A DNA stretch of 64,000 nt from Squalus acanthias (lineage: Eukaryota). The notes under the pieces were generated by a model. That model did not search any database. It saw nothing but the letters and a program-made list of their open reading frames with translations, and was not told where the DNA came from. Positions 1 through 15,500 of this stretch are shown in pieces; position 1 is the stretch's first letter; every line of letters starts with the position of its first letter. A program made the translations under genes and the position numbers. The DNA lies in NCBI GenBank assembly GCA_030390025.1, contig CM059433.1, forward strand, positions 29,452,001 to 29,516,000, in the 5' to 3' direction.

Positions 1-477
1 CTGGGATGGCAGGAATGACTTATGAAGAGAGATTGGGTCGATTAGGCTTATATTCGCTAGAGTTTCAAAGAATAAGAGGGGATCTCATTGAAACTTATAA
101 AATTCTAACAGGACTAGACAGACTAGATGCAGGAAGGATGCTCCCAATGGTGGGGGAGTCCAGAACCAGAGGTCACAGTCTAAGGATAAGGGGTAAGCCA
201 TTTAGGACTGAGATGAGGAAGAATTACTTCACCCAGAGAGTGGTGAACCTGTGGAATTCTCTACCACAGAAGGCAGTTGAGGCCAATTCATTAAATATAT
301 TCAAGAAGGAGATAGGTATATTTCTTAAGGCTAAAGGGATCAAGGGATATGGGGAGAAAGCAGGGACAGGCTACTGAATTTGGATGATCAGCCATGATCT
401 CATTAAATGGCGGAGCAGGCTCAAGGGGCCGAATGGCCCACTCCTGCTCCTATCTTCTATGCTTCTATGCTTCTATG
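1..477 (+). mobile_element. CR1-type LINE, 3' end (ORF2 C-terminus, 3' UTR, short tandem tail); continues off the window edge
   Basis: ORF 6..377 reads YEERLGRLGLYSLE..RGDLIETYKIL..RTRGHSLRI..FTQRVVNLWNSLP..GYGEKAG*, the typical CR1 ORF2 C-terminus. It is followed by a 3' UTR and a (TTCTATGC)n tail ending ~477. Confidence 0.95.
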
Positions 478-561
478 ACCCCGACTCCGATGTGAAGTGG
501 GAAAAAAGTCTGATTTTCCCCTAATTGGGCACTTAATTTCCAGCGTGTGGGAACCCCTGGC

Positions 562-606
562 CCAATTAGTCTTTCCATCCTGAAAGTCGCCTCCGATGAC
601 GTCATC
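562..606 (+). promoter_or_regulatory. Putative Myb/SANT gene promoter: CCAAT box plus palindromic CRE (GATGACGTCATC)
   Basis: CCAAT at 562-566 and TGACGTCA at 597-604, ~94 bp upstream of the ATG at 698. The same pair lies upstream of the second Myb remnant (34783-34814). Confidence 0.4.
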
Positions 607-697
607 AGTGCTGCTGGATTTAAGGCCTGCAGGCAGCCTTGCTTCTTCTGGATACTGGAAACGCTTTGGCATTGTATGAAGTCTTCATTTACCGACC

Positions 698-2095
698 ATG
701 TCCACCAGCAAGCAAAAGTGTGCACCTCGCTTTGATGAGCCCTCCCTCCAAGCTCTGGTGCAGGGAGCAAGATCTAATAAGGAGGTGCTCTTCCCTTCCT
801 CAGGGAGAAAAAAGCCACCACAACAGACTAAAGCTGTGTGGCTGCAAGTGGCCCAGGAGGTCAATGCCATCTCTATGTGCCGCAGAACCTGGCTGCAATG
901 CAGGATGAGGTTTCATGACCTTTTCCGCACGGGAAAAGTGAGTATGACTTTCTCATCACCCTCAATCTCATCCCCATCGCCTCTCCTCACCAGCACTCTG
1001 CTTTGCCAACCTCTTCCTCCACATCCCACTTGACACTGACATCCCTGCACCCTTACCCATTCCCTCTCTCTCTATGGTCACATTCACTTAACTATTCGAC
1101 CATGCAGCCCTCACACTCCCTATCACTGTGATGCCATGACAACAACAACTTTCAACACACAGGGATGGTCCTTTGTATCCTTCTAAGCATCTATGCTATG
1201 GATTATCTACACTCACTCCTTCATTCTCACTCAAACTCCACTTGTGTCCCTCATTGCAGGAAAAGAGAGCCCACAATAAGAGGGAAAGAGCCATGACAGG
1301 AGGAGGGCCACCCTCATTATCCCAGCTCACCACCTCGGAGGAGGCGGCCCTGGAAATCGCCGGGATTGAGGAGGATTCCCAAGTGGGGACGGACAGATGG
1401 GCGCATCGCAGCAAGCTGGTGCCAGAATAGTTTGGCATCTCTCTCATTGACATTGCATGAGTCACTGATAATTAATCTGATGTTCTAACAGATTGACTTA
1501 TGATCATCTGCACTATTCAATGTTCATGTAACCTTGACCTCACATCTCTAACTCTTTCCTTTACTCCCCCACAGGACCATCGAGAGCCCCCGTCCCCACT
1601 GTCCAGGAGGAAGAGCCTGAGCTTTCAGACTCCTCAGAGGAAGCTGCAACCTCTGAGGGCACTCCGTCAGCAGAATTAAGTGCACCCTACACCAGCGCAG
1701 ACACTCACACCTCGGTGGGACCTTCGGGACATACAGTAGAGTTGTCACCTGGTGTATCACAGCTCACAAGTGAGCATCAGCAGATGGTGGAGACAGGGAC
1801 AGCAGTGGAGAGTCCTCGTCGCAGTGGAGAGGACGCTCCCAGCTCGGCTCCGCTGTATGTCGACCCTGTGCCTCCGGGTCCATCCAGAAGGAGAGCGGTG
1901 CTGGAACTCCAGGAACAGGTGCAGGAGTCTCTGGCAGGCTTTGTCTCCAGGGTTGCTGCGAGTGTAGAGCGAATGGAGGAGTCCATCGCTAACATGAGTA
2001 GAGCCTTTGTGGAGGCGTTGGCGCATCAACGCATCTCCATGGTAAGGCTGGCTACCTCCATGGTAAGGCTGGCTACCGTAGTCACTTGGGTGTAA
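698..2095 (+). pseudogene. Harbinger-type Myb/SANT-like DNA-binding protein gene, 3 exons (698-937, 1260-1418, 1575-2095), with one frameshift
   Basis: Exon 1 MSTSKQKCAPRFDEPSLQALV..EVLF..AVWLQVAQEVNA..RRTWLQCRMRFHDL ends at AAA|GTGAGT. The ttgcag acceptor gives exon 2 EKRAHNKRERAMTGGGPP in phase. The ccccacag acceptor gives an S/T/E-rich exon 3 with a coiled-coil-like tail (LELQEQVQESL..VERMEESI). Exon 2 is 1 nt short for the phase-1 join (G-run at ~1385). Confidence 0.8.
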
Positions 2096-2327
2096 TGTTG
2101 TGTTTAATTTTGAAAACCCATCAGTTGCTTATTGTCATAAAAAATTCTGATGGCAAACTCTTGCAGTTGTGGCGTGTGTCATTTCGCTAATGGGACTTCC
2201 ACATTGAGGGCTTAGGGCAACTTGCAATTGTCAGTATGGTGGTCAGAATGATAGGAATCCGCAGGTTCTTGGCCATTGTCGATGGTCTGATAAGAAGGTG
2301 CGAGGCAAAATTGTTTGATTATGCAGG

Positions 2328-2554
2328 CTAAGCAAATCTGGCCAAGATGAGTGCGTCCCTTGCATCCCGGGCAGCAATGTGGTCGCGCGCTGGCGCCTCC
2401 TGGCCTGTGCAGCTTCAGGTGGGTGAGCAGCAGCTTGGCACTCCTGTTGTTGCTGCTGCTGTGGGTGGTGCTGTTGTTCATGGTTCTGCTGCTGCCACGG
2501 CTGGTCTTCATCCGAATCTGATGTCCAGGAGGAAAGGAAATAAATGGTTCCCAT
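2328..2554 (-). pseudogene. Harbinger transposase remnant: N-terminus fused to C-terminus, DDE core deleted
   Basis: The ATG at 2554 gives MGTIYFLSSWTSDSDEDQPWQQQ..AAQ. After ~2405 a different frame reads EAPARDHIAARDARDALILARFA* (TAG at 2330-2328), resembling the R..R..LI..RF C-terminus of HARBI1-like transposases. Confidence 0.6.
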
Positions 2555-3560
2555 GCTTCTGGTATATGCCTCAGTTGAGGAAGCGCTCAGTCAAGGTGGC
2601 GAGAGGGCTTTCCCAGGAGGTCACACTGGAGATGGGTGTCAGGCTCCAAACTTCCACAACAATGGATAGGCCTGCTAAAAGTTCCCCCAGACCTGAGACA
2701 ACAAAGTTCTGCCACCTGCAAATGATGATTGCTGAAAACTCCTTTTTAATGGTGGAGCTGCAGCTGTTAGTAAGCAGTCCACTTGTGAGGCTGCCAGGAT
2801 TCACTGGCATGTTCCAGAGGAGACGTGCAGGATGTGGGAAAAGTGGTAAAATCAGAAAGGCCTCTCAAAATGGGATTATAGAGGCACTTAACTGGTTGTT
2901 GAGGGCCTTAAGGGCCTATCCGGTACACCTTGCAATTGTTTAGAAAAGATTTTTTTTGCTCTGCAAGCCTGAAATCATCAATTATTTCTCTTGCACTCAA
3001 CTTGTCAAAGAATTGTAATTATCAGCTAGTTTTTATTTTGCCCTGCACTTTACACTGTTTAGAATCAGGCCTAACAGTAATCAGAATTTTAAGCGAGCAT
3101 GTTCAATGCAATTTTGATTTATTTAGAATAGTCTCAGGAAGCTTCTGTCTCAACCTCTGACCTTTGCAGCACTGGGTGACCTTTGCAGCTTTCAAAATAT
3201 CCAACGAAGTGGGAACTACAAAATAATTTCTTTCTAATCTCACTGATGTCACTCTAATAATTGAACAGGAGCCATTAGAGAGTCCCACCACATTTATTAT
3301 CGACTAAATATGAAACGTTTAGAGTTTGGGAATGGGGAACTATTTGAAAATTCTTCTCATCTGACAACTCAATTGCTGGAATTAATGCCCACTTGTCAAA
3401 TCAATTTTAAACGTGAATTTCTCAGCCGATGCAACTCATCAAAAAAATTCTCTCTTCTGAGCAACAAATTATGAAAGCACTTATTTTTTATTCAGGCCGA
3501 TTGGTGGCAGATATACGGAACTGTCAGGAAAAAGGATTATAAAAAAATTTGGCACAGTTG

Positions 3561-6500
3561 TATAACTGTTTCGCACACCTATAACTGTATCTCACACCTA
3601 TAACTGTATCTCACAAGCAGTAAATAAATGTATCTCACAACCTATAAATGTATCTCACAACCTATAAATAAATGTATCTCACACCGACAAATAAATGTAT
3701 CTCACAACCTGTAAATGTATCTCACAACCTATAAATTTATCTAACACATCTATAAATGTATCTCACACCGACAAATATATGTATCTCACACCTCTAAATG
3801 TATCTCACACCTATAAATGTATCTGACATCTATAAATGTATCTCACCACCTATAAATGTATCTCACACTCCTATAAATGTATCTCACACCTATAAATGTA
3901 TCTCACACTCCTATAAATGTATCTCACAACCTATAAATGTATCTCACACTCCTATAAATGTATCTCACACCTATAAATGTATCTCACAACGTATAAATGT
4001 ATCTTACACACCAATTAATGTATCTCATAACCTATAAATGTATCTCACACCTATAAATGGATCTCACACCTATAAATGTATCTCACACCTATAAATGTAT
4101 CTCTCACCTATAAATGTATCTCACCCACCTATAAATGTATCTCTCACCTATAAATGTATCTCACTCACCTATAAATGTATCTCACTGACCTATAAATGTA
4201 TCTCACTGATCTACAAATGTATCTCACCCACCTATAAATGTATCTCACTCACCTATAAATGTATCTCACTGACCTATAAATGTATCTCACTGACCTACAA
4301 ATGTATCTCACTGACCTATAAATGTATCTCAATCACCTATAAATGTATCTCACTGACCTATAAATGTATCTCACTCACCTATAAATGTATCACTCACCTA
4401 TAAATGTATCTCACTGACCTATAAATGTATCTCACACACCTATAAATGTTTCTCTCTCACCTATCAATGTATCTCACCCACCTATAAATGTATCTCACCC
4501 ACCTACAAATGTATCTCACTCACCTATAAATGAATCTCTCACCTATAAATGTTTCTCACTGACCTATAAATGTATCTCACTGACCTATAAATGTATCTCA
4601 CTCACCTACAAATGTATCTCACTCACCTATAAATGTATCTCTCTCACCTATAATTGTATCTCACTGACCTATAAATGTATCTCTCTCACCGATAAATGTA
4701 TCTCACTGACCTATAAATGTATCTCACTCACCTATAAATGTATCTCTCACCTATAAATGTATCTCACCGACCTATAAATGTATCTCACTGAGCCATAAAT
4801 GTATCTCACTGACCTATAAATGTATCTCACTCACCTAGAAATTTATCTCACTCACCTATAAATGTATCTCACTGACATATAAATGTATCTCACTGACCTT
4901 ATAAATGTATCTCACTGACCTATAAATGTATCTCACTCACCTATAAATGTATCTCACTGACCTTATAAATGTAACTCACTGACCTATAAATGTATTTCAA
5001 TCACCAATAAATGTATCTCACTCACCTATAAATGTATCTCACTCACCTATAAATATTTCTCTCTCACCTATAAATGTATCTCACCCACCTATAAATGTAT
5101 CTCACCCACCTATAAATGTATCTCACTGACCTATAAATGTATCTCACTCACCTATAAATGTATCACTCACCTATAAATGTATCTCACTCACCTATAAATG
5201 TTTCTCTCTCACATATAAATGTATCTCACTCACCTACAAATGTATCTTACTCACCTATAAATGTATCTCACTCACCTATAATTGTATCTCACTCACCTAT
5301 AAATGTATCTCACTGATCTATAAATGTATCTCACTCACCTATAAATGTATCTCACCCACATTTAAATGTATCTCACTGAGCCATAAATGTATCTAACTGA
5401 CCTATAAATGTATCTGACTCACCTATAAATGTATCACTCACCTATAAATGTATCTCACTCACCTATAAATGTTTCTCTCTCACATATAAATGTATCTCAC
5501 TCACCTACAAATGTATCTTACTCACCTATAAATGTATCTCACTGACCTATAAATGTATCTCACTCACCTATAAATGTATCTTACTCACCTATAAATGTAT
5601 CTCACTCACCTATAAATGGATCTCTCACCTATAAATGTATCTCACTCACCTATAAATGTATCTCACTCACCTATAAATGTATCTCACTGACCTATGAATG
5701 TATCTCACTGACCTATAAATGTATCTCACCCCCCCATAAATGTATCACACTCACCTACAAATGTATCTCACTGACCTATAAATGTATCTCACTGAGCCAT
5801 AAATGTATATCACTCACTTATAAATGTATCTCACCCACCTATAAATGTATCACTCACCTATAAATGTATCTCACTGACATTTAAATGTATCTCACTGACC
5901 TATAAATATATCTCAATCACCAATAAATGTAGCTCACTCACCTATAAATGTATCTCACTGACCTATAAATGTATCTCACCCACCTATAAAGGTATCTCAT
6001 CCACCTATAAATGTATCTCATCCACCTATAAACGTATCTAACGGACATATAAATGTATCTCAATCGCCAATAAATGTATCACACTCACCTATAAATGTAT
6101 CTCACTGACCTATAAATGTATCTCTCTCACCTATAAATGTATCTCTCTCACCAATAAATGTATCTCTCTCACCTATAAATGTATCTCTCTCACCTATAAA
6201 TGTATCTCACTCACCTATAAATGTATCTCACTGAACTATAAATGTATCTCACTCACCTATAAATAAATGTATCTCACCCACCTATAAATGTATCTCACAC
6301 CGAACAATGTATCTCTCACCTATAAATGTATCTCACTCACCTATAAATGTATCTCACCCACCTATAAAGGTATCTCACACACCTATAAATGTATCTCTCT
6401 CACCTATAAATGTATCTCACTCACCTATAAATGTATCTCACTGACCTATAAATGTATCTCACTCACTTATAAATGTACCTCAAACAACTAGAAATGTATC

Positions 6501-9500
6501 TCACACCTATAAATGTATCTCACACCTATGATTGTATCTCTCAACTATAAATGTATCTCACACGTATAAATGTATCTCATACCTATAAATGTATCTCACA
6601 CCGATAAATGTATCTCACACCTATAAATGTATCTCACACCTATGATTGTATCTCTCAACTATAAATGTATCTCACACGTATAAATGTATCTCATACCTAT
6701 AAATGTATCTCACACCGATAAATGTATCTCACACATATAAATGTATCTCACACCTATAAATGTATCTCTCACCTATAAATGTATCGCTCACCTATAAATT
6801 TATCTCAGACCTATAAATGTATCTCACACCTATAAATGTATCTCATACCTATAAATGTATCTCACACCGATAAATGTATCTCACACATATAAATGTATCT
6901 CACACCTATAAATGTATCTCTCACCTATAAATGTATCTCTCACCTATAAATTTATCTCAGCCCTATAAATGTATCAAACACGTATAAATGTATCTCTCAC
7001 CTATAAATGTATCTCACACCTATAAATGTATCTCTCACCTATAAATGTATCTCACACCTATAAATGTATCTCACAACGTATAAATGTATCTCACACCTAT
7101 AAATGTATCTCTCACCTTTAAATATATATCTCACCTATAAATGTATCTCACACGTATAAATGTATCTCTCACCTATAAATGTATCTCACACCTATAAATG
7201 TATCTCTCACCTATAAATGTATCTCACACCTATAAATGTATCTCTCACCTATAAATGTATCTCACACCTATAAATGTATCTCACACCGATAAATGTATCT
7301 CTCACCTATAAATGTATCGCTCACCTATAAATTTATCTCAGACCTATAAATGTATCTCACACCTATAAATGTATCTCTCACCTATAACTGTATCTCACAC
7401 CTATAAATGTATCTCAAACCTATAAATGTATCTCACACCTATAAATGTATCTCACACCTATAAATGTATCTCACAACGTATAAATGTATCTCACACCTAT
7501 AAATGTATCTCTCACCTATAACTGTATCTCACACCTATAAATGTATCTCAAACCTATAAATGTATCTCACACCTATAAATGTATCTCACACCTATAAATG
7601 TATCTCTCACCTATAAATGTATCTCAAACCTATAAATGTATCTCACACGTATAAATGTATCCCACACCTATAAATGTATCTCACACCTATAAATGTATCT
7701 CTCACCTATAACTGTATCTCACACCTATAAATGTATCTCAAACCTATAAATGTATCTCACACCTATAAATGTATCTCACACCTATAAATGTATCTCTCAC
7801 CTATAAATGTATCTCAAACCTATAAATGTATCTCACACGTATAAATGTATCCCACACCTATAAATGTATCTCACACCTATAAATGTATCTCAAACCTATA
7901 AATGTATCTCACACCTATAAATGTATCTCACAACGTATAAATGTATCTCACACCTATAAATGTATCTCTCACCTTTAAATATATATCTCACCGATAAATG
8001 TATCTCACACCTATAAATGTATCTCACACGTAAAAATGTATCCCACACCTAGAAATGTATCTCACAACGTATAAATGTATCTCACACCTTTAAATATATA
8101 TCTCACCGATAAATGTATCTCACACGTATAAATGTATCCCACACCTATAAATGTATCTCACACCGATAAATGTATTTAACACCTATAAATTTATAACTCA
8201 CCTATAAATGTATCTCACACGTATAAATGTAACTCTCACATATAAATGTATCTCACACCTATAAATGTATCTCTCACCTATAAATGTAACTCTCACATAT
8301 AAATTTATCTCAGACCTATAAATGTATCTCACACCTACAAATGTATCTCACACCTATAAATTTATAACTCACCTATAAATGTATCTCACACCTATAAATG
8401 TATCTCTCACCTATAAATGTATCTCTCACCTATAAATGTATCTCACACATATAAATGTATCTCACACCTATAAATGTATCTCACACCTATAAATGTATCT
8501 CTCACCTATAAATGTATCTCACACATATAAATGTATCTCACACCTATAAATGTATCTCACACCTATAAATGTATCTCACACCGATAAATGTATCTCACAC
8601 ATATAAATGTATCTCACACCTATAAATGTATCTCACACCTATGAATGTATCTCTCACCTATAAATGTATCTCACACGTATAAATGTATCTCACACCTATA
8701 AATGTATCTCACACCGATAAGTGTATCTCACACATATAAATGTATCTCTCACCTATAAATGTATCTCTCACCTATAAATTTATCTCAGACCTGTAAATGT
8801 ATCTCACACATATAAATGTACCTCTCACCTATAAATGTATCTCACACCTATAAATGTATCTCTCACCTATAAATGTATCTCACACCTATAAATGTATCTC
8901 ACACCTATAAATGTATCTCACACCTATAAATGTATCTCTCACCTATAAATGTATCTCACACCTATAAATGTATCTCACACCTATAAATGTATCTCACACC
9001 TATAAATGTATCTCTCACCTATAAATGTAACTCACACCTATAAATGTATTTCACACCTATAAATGTAACTCACACCTATAAATGTATATCTCACCTATAA
9101 ATGTATCTCTAACATATAAATGTATCTCACACCTATAAATGTATCTCTCACCTATAAATTTATCTCACACCTATAAATGTATCTCACAACATATAAATGT
9201 ATCTCACACCAAAAAATATATATCTCACCTATAAATGTATCTCACACCTATAAATTTATCTTACACCAAAAATGTATCGCTCACCTATAAATGTATCTCT
9301 CACTAATAAATTTATCTCATCCCTATAAATGTATCTCACGATCTATAATTGTATCTGACACCTATAAATGTACATCTCATCTATAAATGTATCTCTCACC
9401 TATAAATGTATCTCTCACCTATAAATGTATCTCACAACCTATAAATGTATCTCATGATATATAAATGTATCTCACCCCTATAAATGTATATCTCACCTAT

Positions 9501-12500
9501 AATTGTATCTCACATCTATAAATGTATCTCACACCTATAAATGTATCTCTCACCTACAAATGTATGTCACATCTATAAATGTATCTCACACATATAAATG
9601 TATCTCACACCTATAAATGTATCTCACACCTATGAATGTATCTCACACCTATAAATGTATCTCACACGTATAAATGTATCTCTCACCTACAAATGTATCT
9701 CACACCTATAAATTTATATCTCACCTATAAATGTATCTCACACCTATAAATGTATCTCTCACCTGTAAATGTATCTCACACCTATAAATGTATCTCACAA
9801 CGTATAAATGTATCTCACACCTATAAATGTATCTCTCACCTATAAATGTATCTCTCACCTATAAATGTATCTCACACCTATAAATGTATCTCACACCTGT
9901 AAATGTATCTCTCACATATAAATGTATCTCATACCTATAAATGTATCTCACATCTATAAATGTATCTCTCACCTATAAATGTATCTCACACCTATAAATG
10001 TAACTCACACCTATAAATGTATATCTCACCTATAAATGTATCTCTCACATATAAATGTATCTCTCACCTATAAATGTATCTCACACCTATAAATGTATCT
10101 CACACCTATAAATGTATCTCTCACCTAAAAATTTATCTCACACCTATAAATGTATCTCACAACGTATAAATGTATCTCACACCTATAAATGTATCTCTCA
10201 CCTATAAATCTATCTCTCACCTATAAATATATATCTCACCTATAAATGTATATCACACCTATAAATATATCTTACACCAAAAATGTATCGCTGACCTATA
10301 AATGTATCTCACACCTATAAATGTGTCTCTCACTAATAAATTTATCTCATCCCTATAAATGTATCTCACGATCTATAAATGTATCTGACACCTATAAATG
10401 TACATCTCACCTATAAATGTATCTCTCACCTATAAATGTATCTCACACCTATAAATGTATCTCTCACCTATAAATGTATCTCTCACCTATAAATGTATCT
10501 CTCACCTATAAATGTATCTCACAACCTATAAATGTATCTCACGATATATTAATGTATCTCACACCTATAAATGTATATCTCACCTATAATTGTATCTCAC
10601 ATCTATAAATGTATCTCACACCTATAAATGTATCTCTCACCTGTAAATGTATCTCTCACCTATAAATGTATCTCTCACCTACAAATGTATCTCACACCTA
10701 TAAATGTATCTCTCACCTATATATGTATCTCACACCTATAAATGTATCTCACACCTATAAATGTATCTCACAACGTATAAATGTATCTTACACACCAATT
10801 AATGTATCTCATAACCTATAAATGTATCTCACACGTATAAATGGATCTCACACCTATAAATGTATCTCACACCTATAAATGTATCTCTCACCTATAAATG
10901 TATCTCACCCACCTATAAATGTATCTCTCACCTATAAATGTATCTCACCGACCTATAAATGTATCTCACCGACCTATAAATGTATCTCACTGACCTATAA
11001 ATGTATCTCACCCACCTATAAATGTATCTCACTGACCTATAAATGTATCTCACCGACCTATAAATGTATCTCACTGACCTATAAATGTATCTCACTCACC
11101 TATAAATGTATCTCACTGACCTATAAATGTATCTCACACACCTATAAATGTTTCTTTCTCACCTATAAATGTATCTCACCCACCTATAAATGTATCTCAC
11201 TCACCTATAAATGTATCTCACCCACCTACAAATGTATCTCACTGACCTATAAATGTATCTCACCGACCTATAAATGTATCTCACTGACCTATAAATGTAT
11301 CTCACTCACCTATAAATGTATCTCACTGACCTATAAATGTATCTCACACACCTATAAATGTTTCTTTCTCACCTATAAATGTATCTCACCCACCTATAAA
11401 TGTATCTCACTCACCTATAAATGTATCTCACCCACCTACAAATGTATCTCACTCACCTATAAATGAATCGCTCACCTAAAAATGTATCACTCACCTATAA
11501 ATGTATCTCACTCACCTATAAATGTATCTCTCTCACCTATAATTGTATCTCACTCACCTATAAATGTATCTCTCTCACCTATAAATGAATCGCTCACCTA
11601 AAAATGTATCACTCACCTAAAAATGTATCACTCACCTATAAATGTATCTCACTCACCTATAAATGTATCTCTCTCACCTATAAATGTATCTCTCTCACCT
11701 ATAAATGTATCTCTCTCACCTATAATTGTATCTCACTCACCTATAAATGTATCTCTCTCACCTATAAATGTATCTCTCTCACCTATAATTGTATCTCTCT
11801 CACCTATAATTGTATCTCACTCACCTATAAATGTATCTCACTCACCTATAAATGTATCTCTCTCACCTATAAATGTATCTCACTCACCTATAAATGTATC
11901 TCACTCACCTATAAATGTATCTCACTCACCTATAAATGTATCTCTCTCACCTATAAATGTATCACACTCACCTATAAATGTATCTCACTGATCTATAAAT
12001 GTATCTCACTCACCTATAAATGTATCTCACTGATCTATAAATGTATCTCACTCATCTATAAATGTATCACACTCACCTATAAATGTATCTCACCCACATA
12101 TAAATGTATTTCACTGATCTATAAATGTATCTCTCTCACCTATAAATGTATCTCACCCACATATAAATGTATCTCACTGATCTGTAAATGTATCTCACTC
12201 ACCTATAAATGTATCTCTCACCTATAAATGTATCTCTCTCACCTATAATTGTATCTCACTCACCTATAAATGTATCACACTCACCTATAAATGTATCTCA
12301 CTCACCTATAAATGTATCTCACTGACCTATAAATGTATCTCACTCACCGATAAATGTATCTCACTCACCTATAAATGTATCTCACTCACCTATAAATGTA
12401 TCTCTCACCTATAAATGTATCTCACTCACCTATAAATGTATCTCACTCACCTTCAAATGTATCTCACTCACCTATAAATGTATCTCTCTCACCTATAAAT

Positions 12501-15500
12501 GTATCTCTCACCTATAAATGCATCTCACTGACCGATGAATGTATCTCACTGACCTATAAATGTATCTCACCCACATTTAAATGTATCTCACTGACCTATA
12601 AATGTATCTCACCCACATTTAAATGTATCTCACTGACCTATAAATGTATCTCACTGACCTATAAATGTATCTCACACCTACAAATGTATCTCACTCACCT
12701 ATAAATGTATATCACTGACTTATAAATGTATCTCACCCACCTATAAATGTATCACTCACCTATAAATGTATCTCACTGACATATAAATGTATCTCACTGA
12801 CCTTATAAATGTATCTCACTGACCTATAAATGTATCTCACTGACCTATAAATGTATCTCAATCACCAATAAATGTATCTCACTCACCTATACATGTATCT
12901 CACTGACCTATAAATGTATCTCACCCACCTATAAATGTATCTCACTCACCTATAAATGTATCTCACTGACATTTAAATGTATCTCACTGACCTATAAATA
13001 TATCTCAATCACCAATAAATGTATCTCACTGACCTATTAATGTAACTTACTGACCTATAAATGTATCTCAATCACCAATAAATGTATCTCACTGACCTAT
13101 TAATGTATCTCACTGACCTATAAATATATCTCATTCACCTATAAATGTATCTCACTGACCTATAAATGTATCTCTCTCACCTATAAATGTATCTCACTCA
13201 CCTATAAATGTATCTCACTGACCTATAAATGTATCTCACTCACCTATAAATGTATCTCACTCACTTATAAATGTAGCTCAAACAACTAGAAATGTATCTT
13301 TGACCGATAAATGTATCTCACACCTATAAATGTATCTCACACCTATGATTGTATCTCTCAACTATAAAAGTATCTCACATGTATAAATGTATCTCACACC
13401 TATAAATGTATCTCACACATATAAATGTATCTCTCACCTATAAATGTATCTCACACCTATAAATGTATCTCACACCTATAAATGTATCTCACACCTATAA
13501 ATGTATCTCACAATGTATAAATGTATCTCACACCTATAAATGTATCTCTCACCTTTAAATATATATCTCACCTATAAATGTATCTCACACGTATAAATGT
13601 ATCTCTCACCTATAAATGTATCTCACACCTATAAATGTATCTCTCACCTATAAATGTATCTCACACCTATAAATGTATCTCTCACCTATAAATTTATCTC
13701 ACCCCTATAAATGTATCTCTCACCTATAAATGTATCTCACACCTATAAATGTATCTCACACCTATAAATGTATCTCACACCTATAAATGTATCTCTCACC
13801 TATAAATGTATCTCACACCTATAAATGTATCTCACACCTATAAATGTATCTCACACCTATAAATGTATCTCACAATGTATAAATGTATCTCACACCTATA
13901 AATGTATCTCTCACCTTTAAATATATATCTCACCTATAAATGTATCTCACACGTATAAATGTATCTCTCACCTATAAATGTATCTCACACCTATAAATGT
14001 ATCTCACACCTATAAATGTATCTCTCACCTATAAATTTATCTCACCCCTATAAATGTATCTCAAAACGTATAAATGTATCTCACACCTATAAATGTATCT
14101 CTCACCTATAAATCTATCTCTCACCTATAAATGTATCTCACACCAAAAATGTATCGCTCACCTATAAATGTATCTCACACCTATAAATGTATCTCTCACT
14201 TATAAATTTAACTCGCACCTAGAAATGTATCTCACACCTATAAATGTAACTCTCACCTATAAATTTATCTCAGACCTATAAATGTATCTCACACATATAA
14301 ATGTATCTCTCACCTACAAATGTATCTCACACCTATAAATTTTTAACTCACCTATAAATGTATCTCACGCCTATAATTGTATCTCTCACCTATAAATGTA
14401 TCTCACTCACCTATAAATGTATCTCACTCACCTATAAATGTATCTCACTCACCTACAAATGTATCTCTCTCACCTATAAATGTATCTCTCTCCCCCATAA
14501 ATGTATCACACTCACCTATAAATGTATCTCACTGACCTATAAATGTATCTCACCCACATTTAAATGTATCTCACTGACGTATAAATGAATCTCACTGAGC
14601 CATAAATGTATCTCACTGACCTATAAATGTATCTCACACCTACAAATGTATCTCACTCACCTATAAATGTATATCACTCACTTATAAATGTATCTCACCC
14701 ACCTATAAATGTATCACTCACCTATAAATGTATCTCACTGACATATAAATGTATCTCACTGACATTTAAATGTATCTCACTGACCTATAAATATATCTCA
14801 ATCACCAATAAATGTATCTCACTGACCTATTAATGTAACTCACTGACCTATAAATGTATCTCAATCACCAATAAATGTAGCTCACTCACCTATAAATGTA
14901 TCTCACGGACATATAAATGTATCTCAATCGCCGATAAATGTATCACACTCACCTATAAATGTATCTCACTGACCTATAAATGTATCTCTCTCACCTATAA
15001 ATGTATCTCTCTCACCTATAAATGTATCTCACCCACCTATAAAGGTATCTCACACACCTGTAAATGTATCTCTCACCTATAAATGTATCTCCCTCACCTA
15101 TAAATGTATCTCACCCACATATAAATGTATCTCACTCACTTATAAATGTACCTCAAACAACTAGAAATGTATCTTTGACCGATAAATGTATCTCACACCT
15201 ATAAATGTATCTCACAACGTATAAATGTATCTCACACCTATAAATGTATCTCTCACCTTTAAATATATATCTCACCTATAAATGTATCTCACACGTATAA
15301 ATGTATCTCTCACCTATAAATGTATCTCACACCTATAAATGTATCTTTCACCTATAAATGTATCTCAAACCTATAAATGTATCTCATACCTATAAATGTA
15401 TCTCACATCTATAAATGTATCTCTCACCTATAAATGTATCTCACACCTATAAATGTATCTCACACCTATAAATGTATCTCACACCTATAAATGTATCTCT

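Larger units (their letters stand above)
479..2925. mobile_element. Internally deleted PIF/Harbinger DNA transposon with convergent Myb/SANT (+) and transposase (-) remnants; termini not resolved
   Basis: A spliced Myb/SANT gene on + (698-2095) faces transposase N- and C-terminal remnants on - (2328-2554), the two-gene layout of Harbinger elements. No clear TIR pair is visible; the left end abuts the CR1 tail. Confidence 0.75.

Noticed and set aside
2243..2943. PolyQ host protein (2243-2554 -) or 198-aa ORF (2347-2943 +)
   Set aside because: Better explained as the transposase N-terminal remnant and its antisense frame.
3496..3603. Possible exon after tttttattcag (ADWWQIYGTVRKKDYKKIW..)
   Set aside because: No good donor, the frame runs into the satellite, and there is no recognisable homology.
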